64,000 bases of DNA from Lama glama (GCA_028534125.1 CM052832.1:15378001-15442000), one strand, 5' to 3'. Positions 34,421-46,884 are shown, numbered from the stretch's first letter. Notes: generated by a model from the sequence alone, not told the origin. A program made the numbers and translations.

Positions 34421-36236
34421 GGAAATATGGCAATTTTTTTTTTAACATGGGGAGGCAGGGGGAGATGGAGTATTTGCCCCAAACCCCAGAGCTGGTAAGT
34501 GATGGGATCCAAATACAGGCGGTTTGACTTCACTGCTGTGCACAGCCACGAGGACCTGTTCAGACACGGGCCGGGCACACTGTAGGTTCTCTTTTAAATT
34601 TATAAGTGAACACATCTGTGCACATATGAAGAGTGCAAGCAAAAGCTGAAATGCACAATTATCTTTTGATAATCTGCATAATATTCTTTACAAGTGTGGC
34701 TCTTTTTTGTTTTGCGTTTTATGCTTTCTGTTCTTCTGTTGTCTGGTTAGCTCCTAGTTTTGCATGCCCTGCTGAAGACAAAGTGTGTGCTGCAGAATTC
34801 TCTTCCAGCTGGACTTTCCCTGGAAGCGCCACCCGACAGGGAGTCAGAACTCAGTCACTGGCCACATTTTTACATCCATTCTTCCTTTTCAGCCCTCAGC
34901 CCCAGTCCACTCAAATAATGCCTTTGATTATTCAGCAAACACTGGCTACCTCCTCAGCCCCTCACCCTTTCTTTTCCCAGTGTAGCTACCTGGGCATTCT
35001 CATGATGGGAGACTTGAACCCGGGGACAGATCAAGTTGAACTCAGTGATGGGACTGTCTCTGTTTGCTGCAGAGTGAGGGGCCTCATTTGACAAGCACAT
35101 AGATGCAAAAGCAGAGCTGCCTCATTAAAACGCGTAACTACTGATTTATGCTCTGCCTTCGAGGAAGGATTTACGTTGGAAAAATCCATCATTTGAATTC
35201 TGGGAAAAAACATTGAAAAGAAAGTTTCATTCTGGGGCGCTTTCAGAATTCTTGGCAGGAACATATAAGGAACTATAGCTAAATAATAGCAAAGGCAGAA
35301 GGGAGGGAGAACTAAAAAGAGGTATGAAGGGGAAAAAACCACCTCTCCTCTGCGTGTTGCCCATCCTCCCTGAAATTTCCAGCAGGGGCATCTAGGGTGT
35401 TCATTTTCCCCTTTCTGTTTGTAAGGCTTCTGTGTTCTGAGCCTTGTCCCTCCTAGCAGGACCTCACTGGACTCTTCCTATTGGTTCTCCTCAGTTCACC
35501 TATCTCATCCTAAAAGGCTTTCTTTCCTTGTAAAATTTCACCAGCTCCCCACTTATCACAGATGAAAGCTCAGATGATTTTTTTTTTTTGCCTTGCATCA
35601 GAGCCTTTATTTAATACATTTCATATTGAAGATTTAACTCAAAAAGCTCTTTCTTTTTCTCCCACTCAGGCTCTTTTACTTGCATGTTCAGGTCCTCAGC
35701 CAGATGGTCTGGTCATAGGCATAGACAGCATCCCTGCCTCTGACTTGCTCATACCACCCGTTCCCTGCTCTGCCTTCTGCTCCCCAACTCCTGTGCATCC
35801 TTCAGAACCCAGCTTAGTCTCAATTCCACCATCCACTGACCACATGGGAACTCCCCCTCCTCTGACTTCTTGTAGTCCACGCTGCCTCTAGCCCTCCTTC
35901 CGTAACTGTTGTCTTTTTACTGAGGTGCCTCCCACTGTGGTGGCATGCTGGTTCACAAATCACAGGTGCTCAGCAAATGTTTGTTTGCCAGATGATTGAG
36001 TTTTCCTGCAGTCTGGAGAGATGCTGGGGTAGAGCTTTTCCTCCAAGGGGGTGATTTCTCATAGTGGGACCTGTAGTCCAAGTTGCTTCCCATGGAGCAA
36101 AGAAGCCAGGGCCTAGCTGCAGGCCTGCTTCCTGTGAAAGCCTTACTTAGGTGGGGTCCTTCCTCCACAAGCTGCCAGGTACAGTGTGGGGGCAGGGCTT
36201 GTTTGCTCACTTTTGGGGGGGTTCTTTGTTTTTCAG

Positions 36237-36311
36237 ATTGCAGAGCCTGAGGCCTGTGATCAGATGTATGAGAGCTTAGCACGGCTCCATTCAAACTATT
36301 ACAAACTCAAG
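36237..36311 (+). CDS. UQCC2: UQCC2 exon 2
   Basis: tttcag|[25 protein letters not shown]|gtgagt, 75 nt. Confidence 0.96.
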
Positions 36312-36809
36312 GTGAGTGGGCCAGTCTTTTATATCCCCAGCCCCCTCTGACTAGAGACAACCAATGAGAATGAGTGAAATCTGATTATATTTCCTAAGGA
36401 GTTGTGATTTTGCTACTCTTAAATGTAACCAGTAATTTCAACCAAGCCAACAAAAGCACCTGGTAGAGGCTTTTAGGTTACCTAAATGAAAGCTATTTAC
36501 AATTTTGAATAAAAGCCATGTATTTTTTTATGCCAATGTGTGCTTCTGGCTGTACCTGACAACTGTTGGATTTTACACATATTCCCATCTTCTCTGATGG
36601 AACTGGTATTCCCCACACTCTGGTGATAAAGATGGGGTGACTGGGAACGTCCTGTCAGAGAAAGCTGGGCTTCTCCCTCAGCCCTGACATGATTGCTGTC
36701 AAATTCTGTTTAGTGTGTTTTTTCCCTAGACTTCAAAAATGTGCTTATTAACTCCACATGGCCAAATGCCTAGCCTATATGAAAAAGGATTTCTTCTAAA
36801 TCCGTGAAA

Positions 36810-36935
36810 CTTCAAGTGTGGTCTGTAAGCCACAGCGTGGACACCGCCTGGGAGCTGGTTAGAAATGCAGGATCCCGGGCCCCACTCAGAACTTCTGAAT
36901 CACAGCCTGCATTTTCCAGAGGATTCAGGTGGAGC
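36810..36935. mobile_element. MER5-type DNA transposon fragment
   Basis: TCAAGTGTGGTC...CCTGGGAGCTGGTTAGAAATGCAG...GGGCCCCAC...TGAATCACAGCCTGCATTTT. Confidence 0.7.
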
Positions 36936-37140
36936 CGCCTGTTCAGATGATACTGGTTCTTGCGAGGCCGTCTTTGGCCTCCAGGTGGCGCTGCTCTCTT
37001 CCTTGTGGCCTGTGGACACCATGGCCCATGAACCGCGGTTAGAGAGCACAGCTTCTCTCCGGGATCACCTGGCCTCAGGTTGTGCTGCAGAACTAACCTT
37101 CTCTCCCCCTTCTTCTCCCTTCTCTGCCCTGGGTGACCAG

Positions 37141-37210
37141 TACCCTCGCCCAAGAGACACAAGTTTCAGCGGCCTGTCCCTGGAAGAGTACAAGCTGATC
37201 CTGTCCACAG
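37141..37210 (+). CDS. UQCC2: UQCC2 exon 3
   Basis: ccag|[23 protein letters not shown] plus 1 nt|gtatgg, 70 nt. Confidence 0.96.
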
Positions 37211-38776
37211 GTATGGAAAGCACAGCTGCCCTTGTTGGTTTGCAAATGAGTCTTTGAGTTTGAACGGCCAAGGGGAATTGTCTAATAAGACAGCCTTGCT
37301 TGATAGAAAGTCTTGTGGAATAGCCCAGAGGAAATTCTGAAGCTACGGGGCTCATGCTTTTTGGCCATAGAATGTGGAGGTCAAGGGCATTATTTTAAAA
37401 AAGAAAATTCATCTTTGGAGCTTTTAAATTCAAGGCTGGGCAGCAGGGAACAGGGGAGTATGTATTTGCCAAATGGAAGTAGTTGAAATCAGGATGGGAG
37501 GAAAATAATTTTATTTTTATGGTCCTAAGGGGGCTTTATAAACAATGAGGAGTTTAATTAAAACAAAATGCCATTCAATAAACGTATAGGGGGCTATCCA
37601 CCTAAGAGTTATATGACCCAGGGGACGTGGTCTGTGGGTTAGATATGGGTTTAACTAGGTATGTTTTGGAGTTGTTGATGGGCCCTGATTAAAGAAAGGA
37701 AATACCCTGCCTAGCCCATCTCCTCCATACTTCCCCAGCTCCATTGTCACTGAAGGGGGACGTGGTGGGCAGCAGCAAGGGGACACTGGGTTGAAGTAGG
37801 CAGGTCCTGGAAAATTACTATTTTTATTGCCAAGGAGTCCATATATAAAAATAGACTAACCTCTTCTGGGAGGACATAGCCCTGAAACATTCTCCTTCTG
37901 TTATCCTAGAAATTCTCTTTCCTGTTCCTCTGGCAGCCTTCAGTGACTAAGTTTTGAGGAGTCAGGCTTTCAGAAAACTCTTACCTGCTATTGTGTGTTG
38001 ACTGATTCTATGTTTGTTACAGTACTCTGTGGAAAATTGGGGTAAGGACATTTTGGCCAGGCAGACTTTTTGGCAATTTATTTACACACACACACACACC
38101 CCATATATAACACACACGGCATATATAAATAAGTAAATGTATCCCCATGTTTCTGGGCCCATGTAATTACCAGCATCAATGCAGTGTTATTATGAGGGCC
38201 CCAAAGAGTTTGAGCCAAGTTTGAACTTGAAATTCTAATGGAAGTAAGTTCTGGAGGCTCAGCCTCTGCACTCTTAACCCTTGGGACACCTGAGTTGGGG
38301 GAAAACAGACCACAGTGAAGGAGGGGTATGTAGGACTCCCCACCGTCGGCCTGTACTGCAGCTTGTTCTGGCTGGGAGTTCAGCTCCAGGAAATTAATTG
38401 ATAATCTGTTTTCACAGCAAGCTTCATATTTTTGTTGTAACTGTGTGGAATATGCTTACTGAATGGTTCCTCTGACAGGGCAAGAAAACACCTGGCAGTG
38501 TTTGTAAAGAGGATTTGATGGTCTGACGAGTCTGAATTGTGGCCGCAGTTTGGGTCCTGAGCATGTCCACCCTGGCTTGGGGTCATGGGAGTCCCTGAAA
38601 GAGGCCTCTTGGCTTGTCAGTGGACAGGGATCCCTCAGCATCCCATTTTGTGCCCCACAAGGGAACCTGGACTTCTGGAAAAATCCTAGGGTGGAATGCT
38701 GGGCTCATGGCTGAGTACAGTGCATGTCCTAATTTAGCCAAAAGCCCACTAACAGTAAATGTTAATAGATAGTGTT

Positions 38777-38865
38777 GGGGGAGGGTAGAGCAAGTGCTCA
38801 GCATGCACGAGGTCCTGGGTTCAATCCCTGGTACCTCCATTAAACAAAAAATAATCTAAGTTACC
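38777..38865 (+). mobile_element. tRNA-Ala-derived SINE with most of the A box deleted
   Basis: GGGGGAGGGTAGAGC...GAGGTCCTGGGTTCAATCCCTGGTACCTCCATTAAA; the ATAGCTCAGTGG segment is missing. Confidence 0.85.
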
Positions 38866-39010
38866 TTTTTCAGAAAAGCTGCTTTTCTCCAGAAGTTTCA
38901 TTAACAGTGAAAATTTAGGCTATGAAATTTAAATGTTATGTGAAAATCTAAGCTTAAAATACGAGTAAAATTAGGTATCATAGAACTTGAGTCCTGGAGA
39001 GACTTAAGAC

Positions 39011-39222
39011 CAGTGGTTCTCAACCAGGGGCAATTTTGCCCCCTGGGGACTTGTGGCACTGTCTGGAGACCATTTTAGTTGTCACAGCTTGGCGGGTGAG
39101 GAGCAATTTGCTACTGACATCTAGGGGCCAGAGCCAAAGTGCTGCTGCTGTACTGCCCAGGTCGGCGCCACCAACGAGGAGTTATCTGGCCCCAAGTATC
39201 AGTGGTGCTGAGACTGAGAAGC
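39011..39222. mobile_element. MER20 DNA transposon fossil
   Basis: CAGTGGTTCTCAACCAGGGGCAATTTTGCCCCC...TGTCTGGAGACCATTTTAGTTGTCACA...TGCTACTGACATCTAG...TTATCTGGCCCCAA. Confidence 0.85.
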
Positions 39223-39309
39223 GGTAGGAGGGGCGAGGTGTGTATGTTTCTGAACAGGGGCCCACTGGCTCCCACCAGCTCCTGCCGCCTTCACACCTGT
39301 GTAGCTGGC

Positions 39310-39635
39310 TACTTTTGCTCAAGTGTGGGCCAGGTGCCAGGCATGTTACCTCCATTATTTCCTTAAAAACATTTGCCTCAAAAGTTATGCCTTTTAATCT
39401 CCACTTTACAGATGAGGCACCTGAGGCTCAGAGGGTTAACTAATTTGCTTGAGAGGACCCAGTGGGGGAATGATGGGTGGGGATTGGGGCCCAGGTCCAT
39501 CTCCCTCCCTGGTGCTTGCTCAACTCTGCCTGGGTTCAGCTCCCAGCTCCACCACTTTCCAGCTGTGTAACCTGGTCCAGTTCCTTAACCTCCCTTGGCC
39601 TCAGCTTCCACATCTGAAAAATGGAAATAGTAAAG
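39310..39635. mobile_element. Two MIR fragments in opposite orientation
   Basis: Reverse core TTTACAGATGAGGCACCTGAGGCTCAGAG near 39405; forward core CAGCTGTGTAACCTGG...CTTAACCTC...GCCTCAG...CATCTGAAAAATGG at about 39560-39625. Confidence 0.75.
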
Positions 39636-39982
39636 TCTGTGACACGGGCCAAGTTCAGAGATAAGCACCTCGGCCTGTGGGTTGTGTAGCACATTTGTTT
39701 GCCCCCTCAGGTGGAGCCAGGCGGAAAGGGCCCTGTTTAGATGCTGGATGTGCACAGAGGCTGCTGCAAGGACGCAGTGCGCTCTGCACGGTCCTGGTAC
39801 GTGAGTGCTCATCCACACCCGAAGTTATCTGTGACCCTACCTGAAGTGCTTGTCAGAAGTTGGGCTACACCTCCCTTTCTCGGTAACACACTGAAAAGCA
39901 GGGCATACCGAGGGGCCAGTCTGTGTAATCATTTTGGACTTCAGTCCTTTTTTTTTTTTTTTGGCGGCTTCCCTTTCCACAG

Positions 39983-40110
39983 ATACCTTGGACGAGTTTA
40001 AGGATATGAATAAAGGCATGTGGAAGAAACTGCAGGAGAAGTTTGCCCCCAGGAGTCCTGAGGAGAAGCATAAGGCCTGGGCTCGGGCCTTATCGCGCCC
40101 ACGTACCTAA
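39983..40110 (+). CDS. UQCC2: UQCC2 exon 4 (stop TAA 40108-40110; total CDS 411 nt, 136 aa)
   Basis: cacag|(D)[41 protein letters not shown]. Confidence 0.95.
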
Positions 40111-40135
40111 GCGTGAAGTCTTGTACGTTGCCATC

Positions 40136-40141
40136 AATAAA
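40136..40141 (+). terminator. UQCC2: Proximal UQCC2 polyadenylation signal
   Basis: AATAAA 25 nt after the stop codon. Confidence 0.7.
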
Positions 40142-41173
40142 ACACCCTGATTTCCCCGTCCTCGTGGTTCAGGAATCTCATCTGGCCTTCACAGAAAGGA
40201 AGCCGTTGTTGCTCTAAAGAAAGCTCCAGCCTGAGAAGAAATGCTGTTGGAACATCTGCCCTGCCCACCTGTCTGGCTAGGACGGTCCCCACGGGAGAGG
40301 AAGTGCGGGGCTTCATCTGGGCCTGAGAAGGGAAGGTGACAGGGCCTCTGGGCAAGGTGCTTCCTGCATAGCCACAGGAGCCCCACCTGCCAGCAGGGGT
40401 CTGGCTGGCTCTGGGCAAGAATCTCAGGCTCCCTTTTGTTGTAGGCGCTCCTGGGAGAGAGCCAAAAATATTGGTAAATACTGAAGAAGGCATCCTGTTG
40501 TGAACAGAAAGCAGCAGGAGGTGTATGGCAGAGAGAGGTGAAAAGCCTGCTTGGCCCTCATCCCCACTGACTCAGGACAGAGCTCAGTCCTCTGCCCCTG
40601 ACCTTGCAGAAAAGCCATATTCCAAGTTGGCTTAAGGGACAGCATACCTTAAACTACTGACAGGCCTTGGCTTGGAATTGACTTCAGCCCTCTGGGCAGG
40701 TTCTGTGGGAGGCCACACGACAGAGGCCTCCTGGCTGGGGATACACACAGGGTCAGAGTCATCTTATTACTCCACGGAACCTTGGTTCTTACTGATAGGT
40801 GTTTATAGTCCCCACCTGAGATTTCTTCGGTCAAGAACACAGCTGAGAGGAGGGGTAGGGCAGGGCCGACAGCTCCCCTGGTCAGGAAGCAGTGGAAGTG
40901 GGTTCTTAGCCTCATTTGTACCTGGACTTCTCAGTATGTTTTGAAATGCATAAAATAAAATACATAGGGTTATGACAGAAACCAGTTATATTGCAGTACA
41001 GTTCTGTGCAGGAATCCCTGTGAGACAGGATGTCACTCAGCATCTCCCAAGAGCCTGAGGTGAGCCAGGCAGGCAGGCAGGGCCTCCTGTTCTGTCCTCC
41101 ACCAGCACATTAACCCAGCCCCTGGGGAGTATGGGAAACAGCATCCCTTTCTAATGGACTAGATTTCTATTAA

Positions 41174-41179
41174 TTTATT
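41174..41179 (-). terminator. ITPR3: ITPR3 polyadenylation signal
   Basis: TTTATT on + (AATAAA on -), about 750 nt after the ITPR3 stop, in an AT-rich patch. Confidence 0.8.
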
Positions 41180-41928
41180 TAAGGCAATTAACATATTAGT
41201 TCTCAGGCCAAAGGATTTGTAAAACATTACACCAAAGGGAAAAAACAAGCAGTCAAAACCACCCACTTCACACACCCCAGCCCTGTCACCTGGGTGTGTG
41301 ACTGTCCCCCAGGAAGCGGCAGGTCCTAGGAGCAAGGCTTTCCATCCTTGGGTCACTAGTCCACCTGGGGCTGTGCCAGAGTGGGTGGCCTAGACTCGGG
41401 ACAGTGAGGTCTACACACTGTCTACAGCAGATCTGAGGCACGGAGGGAGCCGTGCAGCCCTGGCCAGGACTGAGCATGGCGTCTGAATAAGTTAAATAAC
41501 AAAGCCTTAAAATCACTAGCGGCAGCATCACTGCACCCCCTCCAGAGGTGGGCAGCAACCAAAATGTAGTGCTGAGAATAAAGAGGTGACCCCGCCCCTA
41601 CTCACCCACAGGAGGAATACAAAGGAATCGGTTGCTGTTCTAAGGGACAAAGGACTTATTTTCCTCTAAGGCATTAAGGTAAGCTGAGTCCCAGAGTTTG
41701 AGTCTTTAAGGGCTCAGTCTGGGCAAAACTGTCAGCTCTGTGGGTCCACCTCCACACTGGTCAGAGCCTGGGTTGGCTTGGGAGGTTCTGGCAGAGTGGG
41801 AGCTGAGGCTTGGGTGGGCACCTAGCTGTGAGAGGCTGGCAGGGCCACCTGACCCAGGGAAGAGGCAGTGTTGCCAGTCACAGCTCTCCAGTGTCGACTG
41901 CGCCGTGTCAGGCCTTCAATGGCGCGGT

Positions 41929-41997
41929 TCAGCGGCTCATGCAGTTCTGGACATCCACGAAGCCCAGGCGTTGCCTGCGTTTCCTCTGCTCCGTCAT
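41929..41997 (-). CDS. ITPR3: Inositol 1,4,5-trisphosphate receptor type 3, last exon (58), coding part
   Basis: tag|MTEQRKRRQRLGFVDVQNCMSR* (TGA). Confidence 0.96.
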   Translation of the reverse strand: MTEQRKRRQRLGFVDVQNCMSR

Positions 41998-42606
41998 CTA
42001 GGGTTAACCAGAGGCCAGGAGGGCGGGTCAGGCTGCCCAGTGGAGGGGCTGGTGCCCACCCTCCCCCTGTGGACCCAGCTGCCTTTCAGCACTGGCGGCA
42101 GGCCAGGGCCCCCCCAGGGTGCAGTGAGGATGTCAGCCCCAAACCCTTGTCCTCAGTTAGCCTGTCACAACCCCCTGATTGGGTGCAGCTGGGAAAGCAC
42201 CCCGCCTAAAAGAGGGGCTGCCTGATCTCATCTAGTCACTGCCAGATGGAGAAGGCTGCTCTGAGCAAGAGGGGATCTTGAGGCCTTAACCTCCCCCATC
42301 ACCAGTGAACGCCTCGGGGGAACTCACTGCAGCTGCCAGGAGCAAGAGTACACCTGCCCCAAGCTTCCACTCAGCCGCATCTTTCAGGGGCGCACAGATA
42401 TGGGCTGCCACCCCCAAGCTAGCTTTCCATGGAGGGAAGAGAGCGTTTGGAACCTGTCTTCCACCCCAGACCCAAGAAGGGGCAGGAGCAGCATGAAGGC
42501 CCCAACACCCTCCCCCTCCTGCCCTATGGCAGGCTGGGCTGTGACTGCTCAGTGACAGCCCTTGAGGCTGCGCAGGGTGGAACCAGGATAGGGCCGGGAT
42601 GCCCAC

Positions 42607-42768
42607 CTGCTCCTTGAGCTCGTTGAGCTGGGCAGTGAGGTGGGACACCAGCTTCATGGTGGAGTTGAGCTTGTCCTGAAGAATCCGGATCTCATTCTGC
42701 TCTCCTTCCCCTTCGTTGCTCACCAGGGACATGGCCCTCATCCGGGGGAACCAGTCCAGGTTCTTGTT
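42607..42768 (-). CDS. ITPR3: ITPR3 exon 57
   Basis: NKNLDWFPRMRAMSL...AQLNELKEQ, 162 nt, AG/GT ends. Confidence 0.96.
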
Positions 42769-43447
42769 CTGGAAAACACCAGCAGTGGGGTGAGCGGGCT
42801 TGGGCCTGGCCTAGGAAAGCCTCATTTGGAAAAGCAGTTGTGGAGGGCGGGGGGGCCTGCTGCCACACCCTTGGCAAAATGACTCCCCAGGGATGTGTCA
42901 TGGGAAAATCTGAATTGACCCAGGTCCTCCCCCGGGGCCAGAGTGAGCTGGCAGCAAACTGTCTGTGGGCATTAAGGCCACAGCACTGTGACAGCCTGAC
43001 TTCCGTTAGACAGCCTCAAATCTCCCACTAGTATCAGCACCATCTGTTTACTGAACACCCTGCAAGACGTGGAGGGAAGGCCTCTGCGCCCAGACCCTGA
43101 ATCTCCTTCCTTCCTCCCGCCCCGCCCCACACCCCCCACACCCCAGGAAGATGCAAATCAGACAGATGGTACACTGAGGGAGCGGGGGCTCTGCTGAGGA
43201 CGGCTGGCGCCTGGTACATGAGGTAGAGTCATGTTTCCCAGGACAGAGGCAGAGCGGGAGGGGCACCAAGCAGCTTTCCGGTGCCTGTTGCAAGCTGTGA
43301 ATTCTCAGCCCAACAGATACACCTGTACTCAAAGATCAGTCCAAAATGCACTAAGAGACAAATGGAATCCTATCCCCACAACTTTTTTTTTCCTACTAAA
43401 TAGGTCTTCCCTTTCAGGCTACAGTTAATCTGCTGTGCAGTAATTTG

Positions 43448-43548
43448 GGTTTTTTTAAAGGTCGGTTTTGGTTTGTTTTTTTTTAATGGAGGTACCAGGA
43501 CCTCATGCATCCTGAGCACACACTACCTCTGAGCTACACCTTCCTCCC
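43448..43548 (-). mobile_element. tRNA-Ala-derived SINE with B box deleted
   Basis: TTTAATGGAGGTACCAGGACCTCATGCA...CTGAGCTACACCTTCC; perfect 16-bp TSD GCTGTGCAGTAATTTG at 43432-43447 and 43549-43564. Confidence 0.9.
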
Positions 43549-44089
43549 GCTGTGCAGTAATTTGAAGGTGCCCTACATCTGATGGAACTGATGGGCTTCC
43601 TTTACCCTAAATGCTATAAGACCTTTTTTTCCTTGTTCACTGCCTTAACTCCATACTAAATTGGAGTTTTATTTGGTTTCTCCTAAGTCTGATAAAGTTT
43701 TTCCAGGTGCCAACCAGGCTTCGGGAAGCTGCCCTCCCTCACCCAGCTAGAAAAGGCCCCTCAGAATGTCCTGCCCCGGCAGGGTGTGCTCTCCTCCCAC
43801 GCCACCTCACGTTAGGCACCCACAGACCACAGGGCACCACACACATCCTTTGGGGCTGACGGGTTTGCTGTGGGCTTCTTCCCAACACCAGAGCCGACAC
43901 AGAGGAGTGTGAGGCCCTTCTGCAGCACAGGCAGCTGGCAGGGCTCCCGAGTAGCCAAGAGCCAGCTCCAGCTGCTCCTCGCTCCCCTGCTGGCCTCTTA
44001 ACAAGTGTCCACAGCTGTCTCAAGTCACCCGCCCCAGGCCTCCAGGGTCAGCGTGGGCAGACGTGGCCTCCCCCCACCGGGGCCCACAC

Positions 44090-44250
44090 CTTGATCATCT
44101 GGGCCACGTAGCTCTCAGGCCCTGTGTAGTCCGTCTTGTTTTTCACGCGGACCAGCACGATGAAGTACAGGTAGTTCCACATGTTGTGCTCGAACTTGAT
44201 GTGTTCCTCAAATGACACCGTCTTGTTGTCAAACTTGTCCCTCTCCAGAC
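44090..44250 (-). CDS. ITPR3: ITPR3 exon 56
   Basis: (G)[26 protein letters not shown]...[14 protein letters not shown], 161 nt; zinc-finger His pair. Confidence 0.96.
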
Positions 44251-44922
44251 CTGATAAGGCAGAGGGTAAGGCTGAACCCACCGGCCTCCAAGAGCCACTA
44301 TGGGGCCACCTGGTGGGGTGGACATCGCCTCTTGATGGAGTGGGGACATCTGTACTAGGGCTGAAAGTCCTGGTGAACGCAGGCAACAGCCCATCAGGGC
44401 TATTTAGGTCTCTTCTATTTAAAGCACCAGCCACTCGGCCGCACAGTGCCTCGCCCGCAGTGGCGAGGACTAGCAGAGCAGACGCCGGAATTCCACGGCC
44501 CGGGGCAGCAGGGCTAGCTGGATAAGGGATCTGTCCCAGGTGGTGCCTGCTCCTCCACCTGCGATGGCTGGTGAGGGGACTAGCACTTCACACCAGGGGG
44601 ATGAAGCCCAGGACTGAGACCAGAGGTTTGAGGCCACTGACAGGACTTGTTTCCTCATCTGAACCCCAGAGAATTTAAAGGAATGGTTTTTGAGGCCCTT
44701 TCCTGAGCCTTTCCATGACTCCAAGTTCAGGCAGGGTCCTGTTCCCCCAAATTCTGGGATGAGCAAACAGCCATCAAGCCCTCAACCCCAGGACAGGGCT
44801 CCCCAGTGGCCACAGGAACCCGGGAAGGGCCCAACCGAGGCTGTCATGGGCCCAGATGAGAGCCTGATCCACAGGCTGCCCCAGCCTGGCCGCAGCCTCC
44901 ACGGGCAGGAACCCGGCCTCAC

Positions 44923-45088
44923 CACAGATGAAGCATGTTGTCTTGAGAATTTCCTCCTTCTTCTGCTTCTCACTGCGCAGGTCAGCAAAGGTATCAATGA
45001 TCACCCCAAAGATGAGGTTCAGCACAATGATGATGACAATGAAGAAGAACAGGAGGTCGTAGACCACACGGGCCGGGAAGAGAGACTC
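44923..45088 (-). CDS. ITPR3: ITPR3 exon 55 (TM6 gate)
   Basis: [55 protein letters not shown], 166 nt. Confidence 0.97.
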
Positions 45089-45896
45089 CTGCAGGGGGGG
45101 GCAGCAAGGCCAGGCAGGCAGGACTCAGAGCCCAGCCCCCAGCAGAAGGAAATGAGGACCTCTGGCTCCCAGGGCCCTGAAGATGGCAGAGTGGACCCAG
45201 ACTCGCTCCATGGAGAATCACAACCAGTGCCCTGAGTGTGGATTAGAACACAGTAGCCGGGACAAAGACCTCGAGGAGTCTCACGTGGGGAGCTAGGCCT
45301 AGGGGCTAGGCTTGTGCCCGCCTTTAACTTTGGGTTGGGGAAGAGCGGCTCTGAACTCCCCTGCCTGCCCTCAGGACACCTTGTCTCACTCATTCTAGAA
45401 ACCCTCTGTCGGGCCAGGGAGAAACTTCTCACTCCTGTGCCACTGGGGATAGGCTGACATTCTGGGAATGCTGGGCTGAGTCAAATCCTGAGGTCTCCTC
45501 ATGAAGCCACTCAGCTTCCCCATCCTGCCGCCCCAGGCATGGGCTGGGCCTCTGCCTCAAGGATGAAGCTCATGTGGCCGGGGACCCGCCCGCTGTCTGA
45601 CTCACACCTTCCCCAGTCCGGGAAAGCTCGGCGCCAAGGTCTTTCCTTAGAGCATCTACAGTGAGCTGGTGGGGATGCCTGTGCTGACGGGTGGGGACAG
45701 CTCAGCTACGTCACTGCATGGAAGTGGGGAGGACAGTGGGGCAAAGAGGGTGGAAATGTGCCAGGACTCGCGATCCTGCAGATCAAGGGAGGCCAAGCCA
45801 CTTAAACTGGCTGTGACCTGAGAGCAGAGCCCTCACAGTTGCTGACCCGAACAGGCCAGGCCACGTGGACTGGGGAGGCGGGCAGGGGGCACTCAC

Positions 45897-46024
45897 ATCT
45901 TTGGAAGGTTTGCGGAGAATGTCGCCCACGCCGCCCCCATTGCGCAGCCCGTGGTTCATGACGGTGACGATGCACATGAGCAGAGTGTCACAGGCCCGCT
46001 CCGTGCTGTCCAGCTCCTCATCTT
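45897..46024 (-). CDS. ITPR3: ITPR3 exon 54 (pore filter GGGVGD)
   Basis: [42 protein letters not shown], 128 nt. Confidence 0.97.
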
Positions 46025-46110
46025 CTGTGAGCAGAGCACATACTCATACCTGGGCCAGGCCACCCGCCTCCACCCACTGCACCTGGATTCCCGAGACACA
46101 TTGCTCTCAC

Positions 46111-46215
46111 CTTCCAGGACCTCAGGCACTGAGACCCCTGAGACACAGTTCATGTTATTACCACTGCACGTGTCCACAAACGTGGCAGCTCCATGTGGCA
46201 TCCCCAGGGGGCTGG
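46111..46215 (-). CDS. ITPR3: ITPR3 exon 53 (luminal loop)
   Basis: SPLGMPHGAATFVDTCSGNNMNCVSGVSVPEVLE, 105 nt, phases fit both neighbours. Confidence 0.92.
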
Positions 46216-46691
46216 CTGGAGGGGACAGGGATGAGGTCAACAGCAGGTCCCAATGCCTGGCCTTATTCCCCGGTTCTGTCCGCAGTATCACATCCTCCAA
46301 GAAGCCTGCCCTGATCCTACCAGCTCCTCACTCTGGCTAGAAGTGAAGGGTCTTCATGTACCTGTCCCCGCTAGGCTGTGCTCTAAGGGCAAGGAAGGGG
46401 GTCTGCACCCCCAGCCCTGACACATAGGCAGCCCCACGAATACTGTTTAACATGAACGACAGAGGCTACAAGCAAGAGCAACCCAAGGTTCTCCTACGCC
46501 TTCAGTTTGTCTCAGGGAAGAGGAAGGCAGATTGGCATAAGCTAGACCCTATCCCCGACCCAGAACACAAAAGGAGAAACTAAGGTAGTGGCCTGGGGCA
46601 ATAAGGACTCCCAGGTCCTGGGCCTGATGCTGGCTGCTTGTGCAGGTCCCCTCATCCCCACACACCCGCCTGGGAGAGGTACCCCCCTGAC

Positions 46692-46884
46692 CTCTGGAGT
46701 GGTTGCCAGGCAGCCGGTCAACCTCAAGGATGAAGTCATCCTTGAGGAAGAGGAAGCCGACGATGGAGAAGAGGTAGACCAGGATGAGGGCCAGCAGGGC
46801 AGTCAGCAGGATGGAGCGGCCATTGCGGGTCACACTCTTGATGACGTTGAACAGCGTCTCCTCACGGTAGATGAGGTCAAAGAG
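46692..46884 (-). CDS. ITPR3: ITPR3 exon 52
   Basis: [28 protein letters not shown]...[11 protein letters not shown], 193 nt. Confidence 0.96.
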
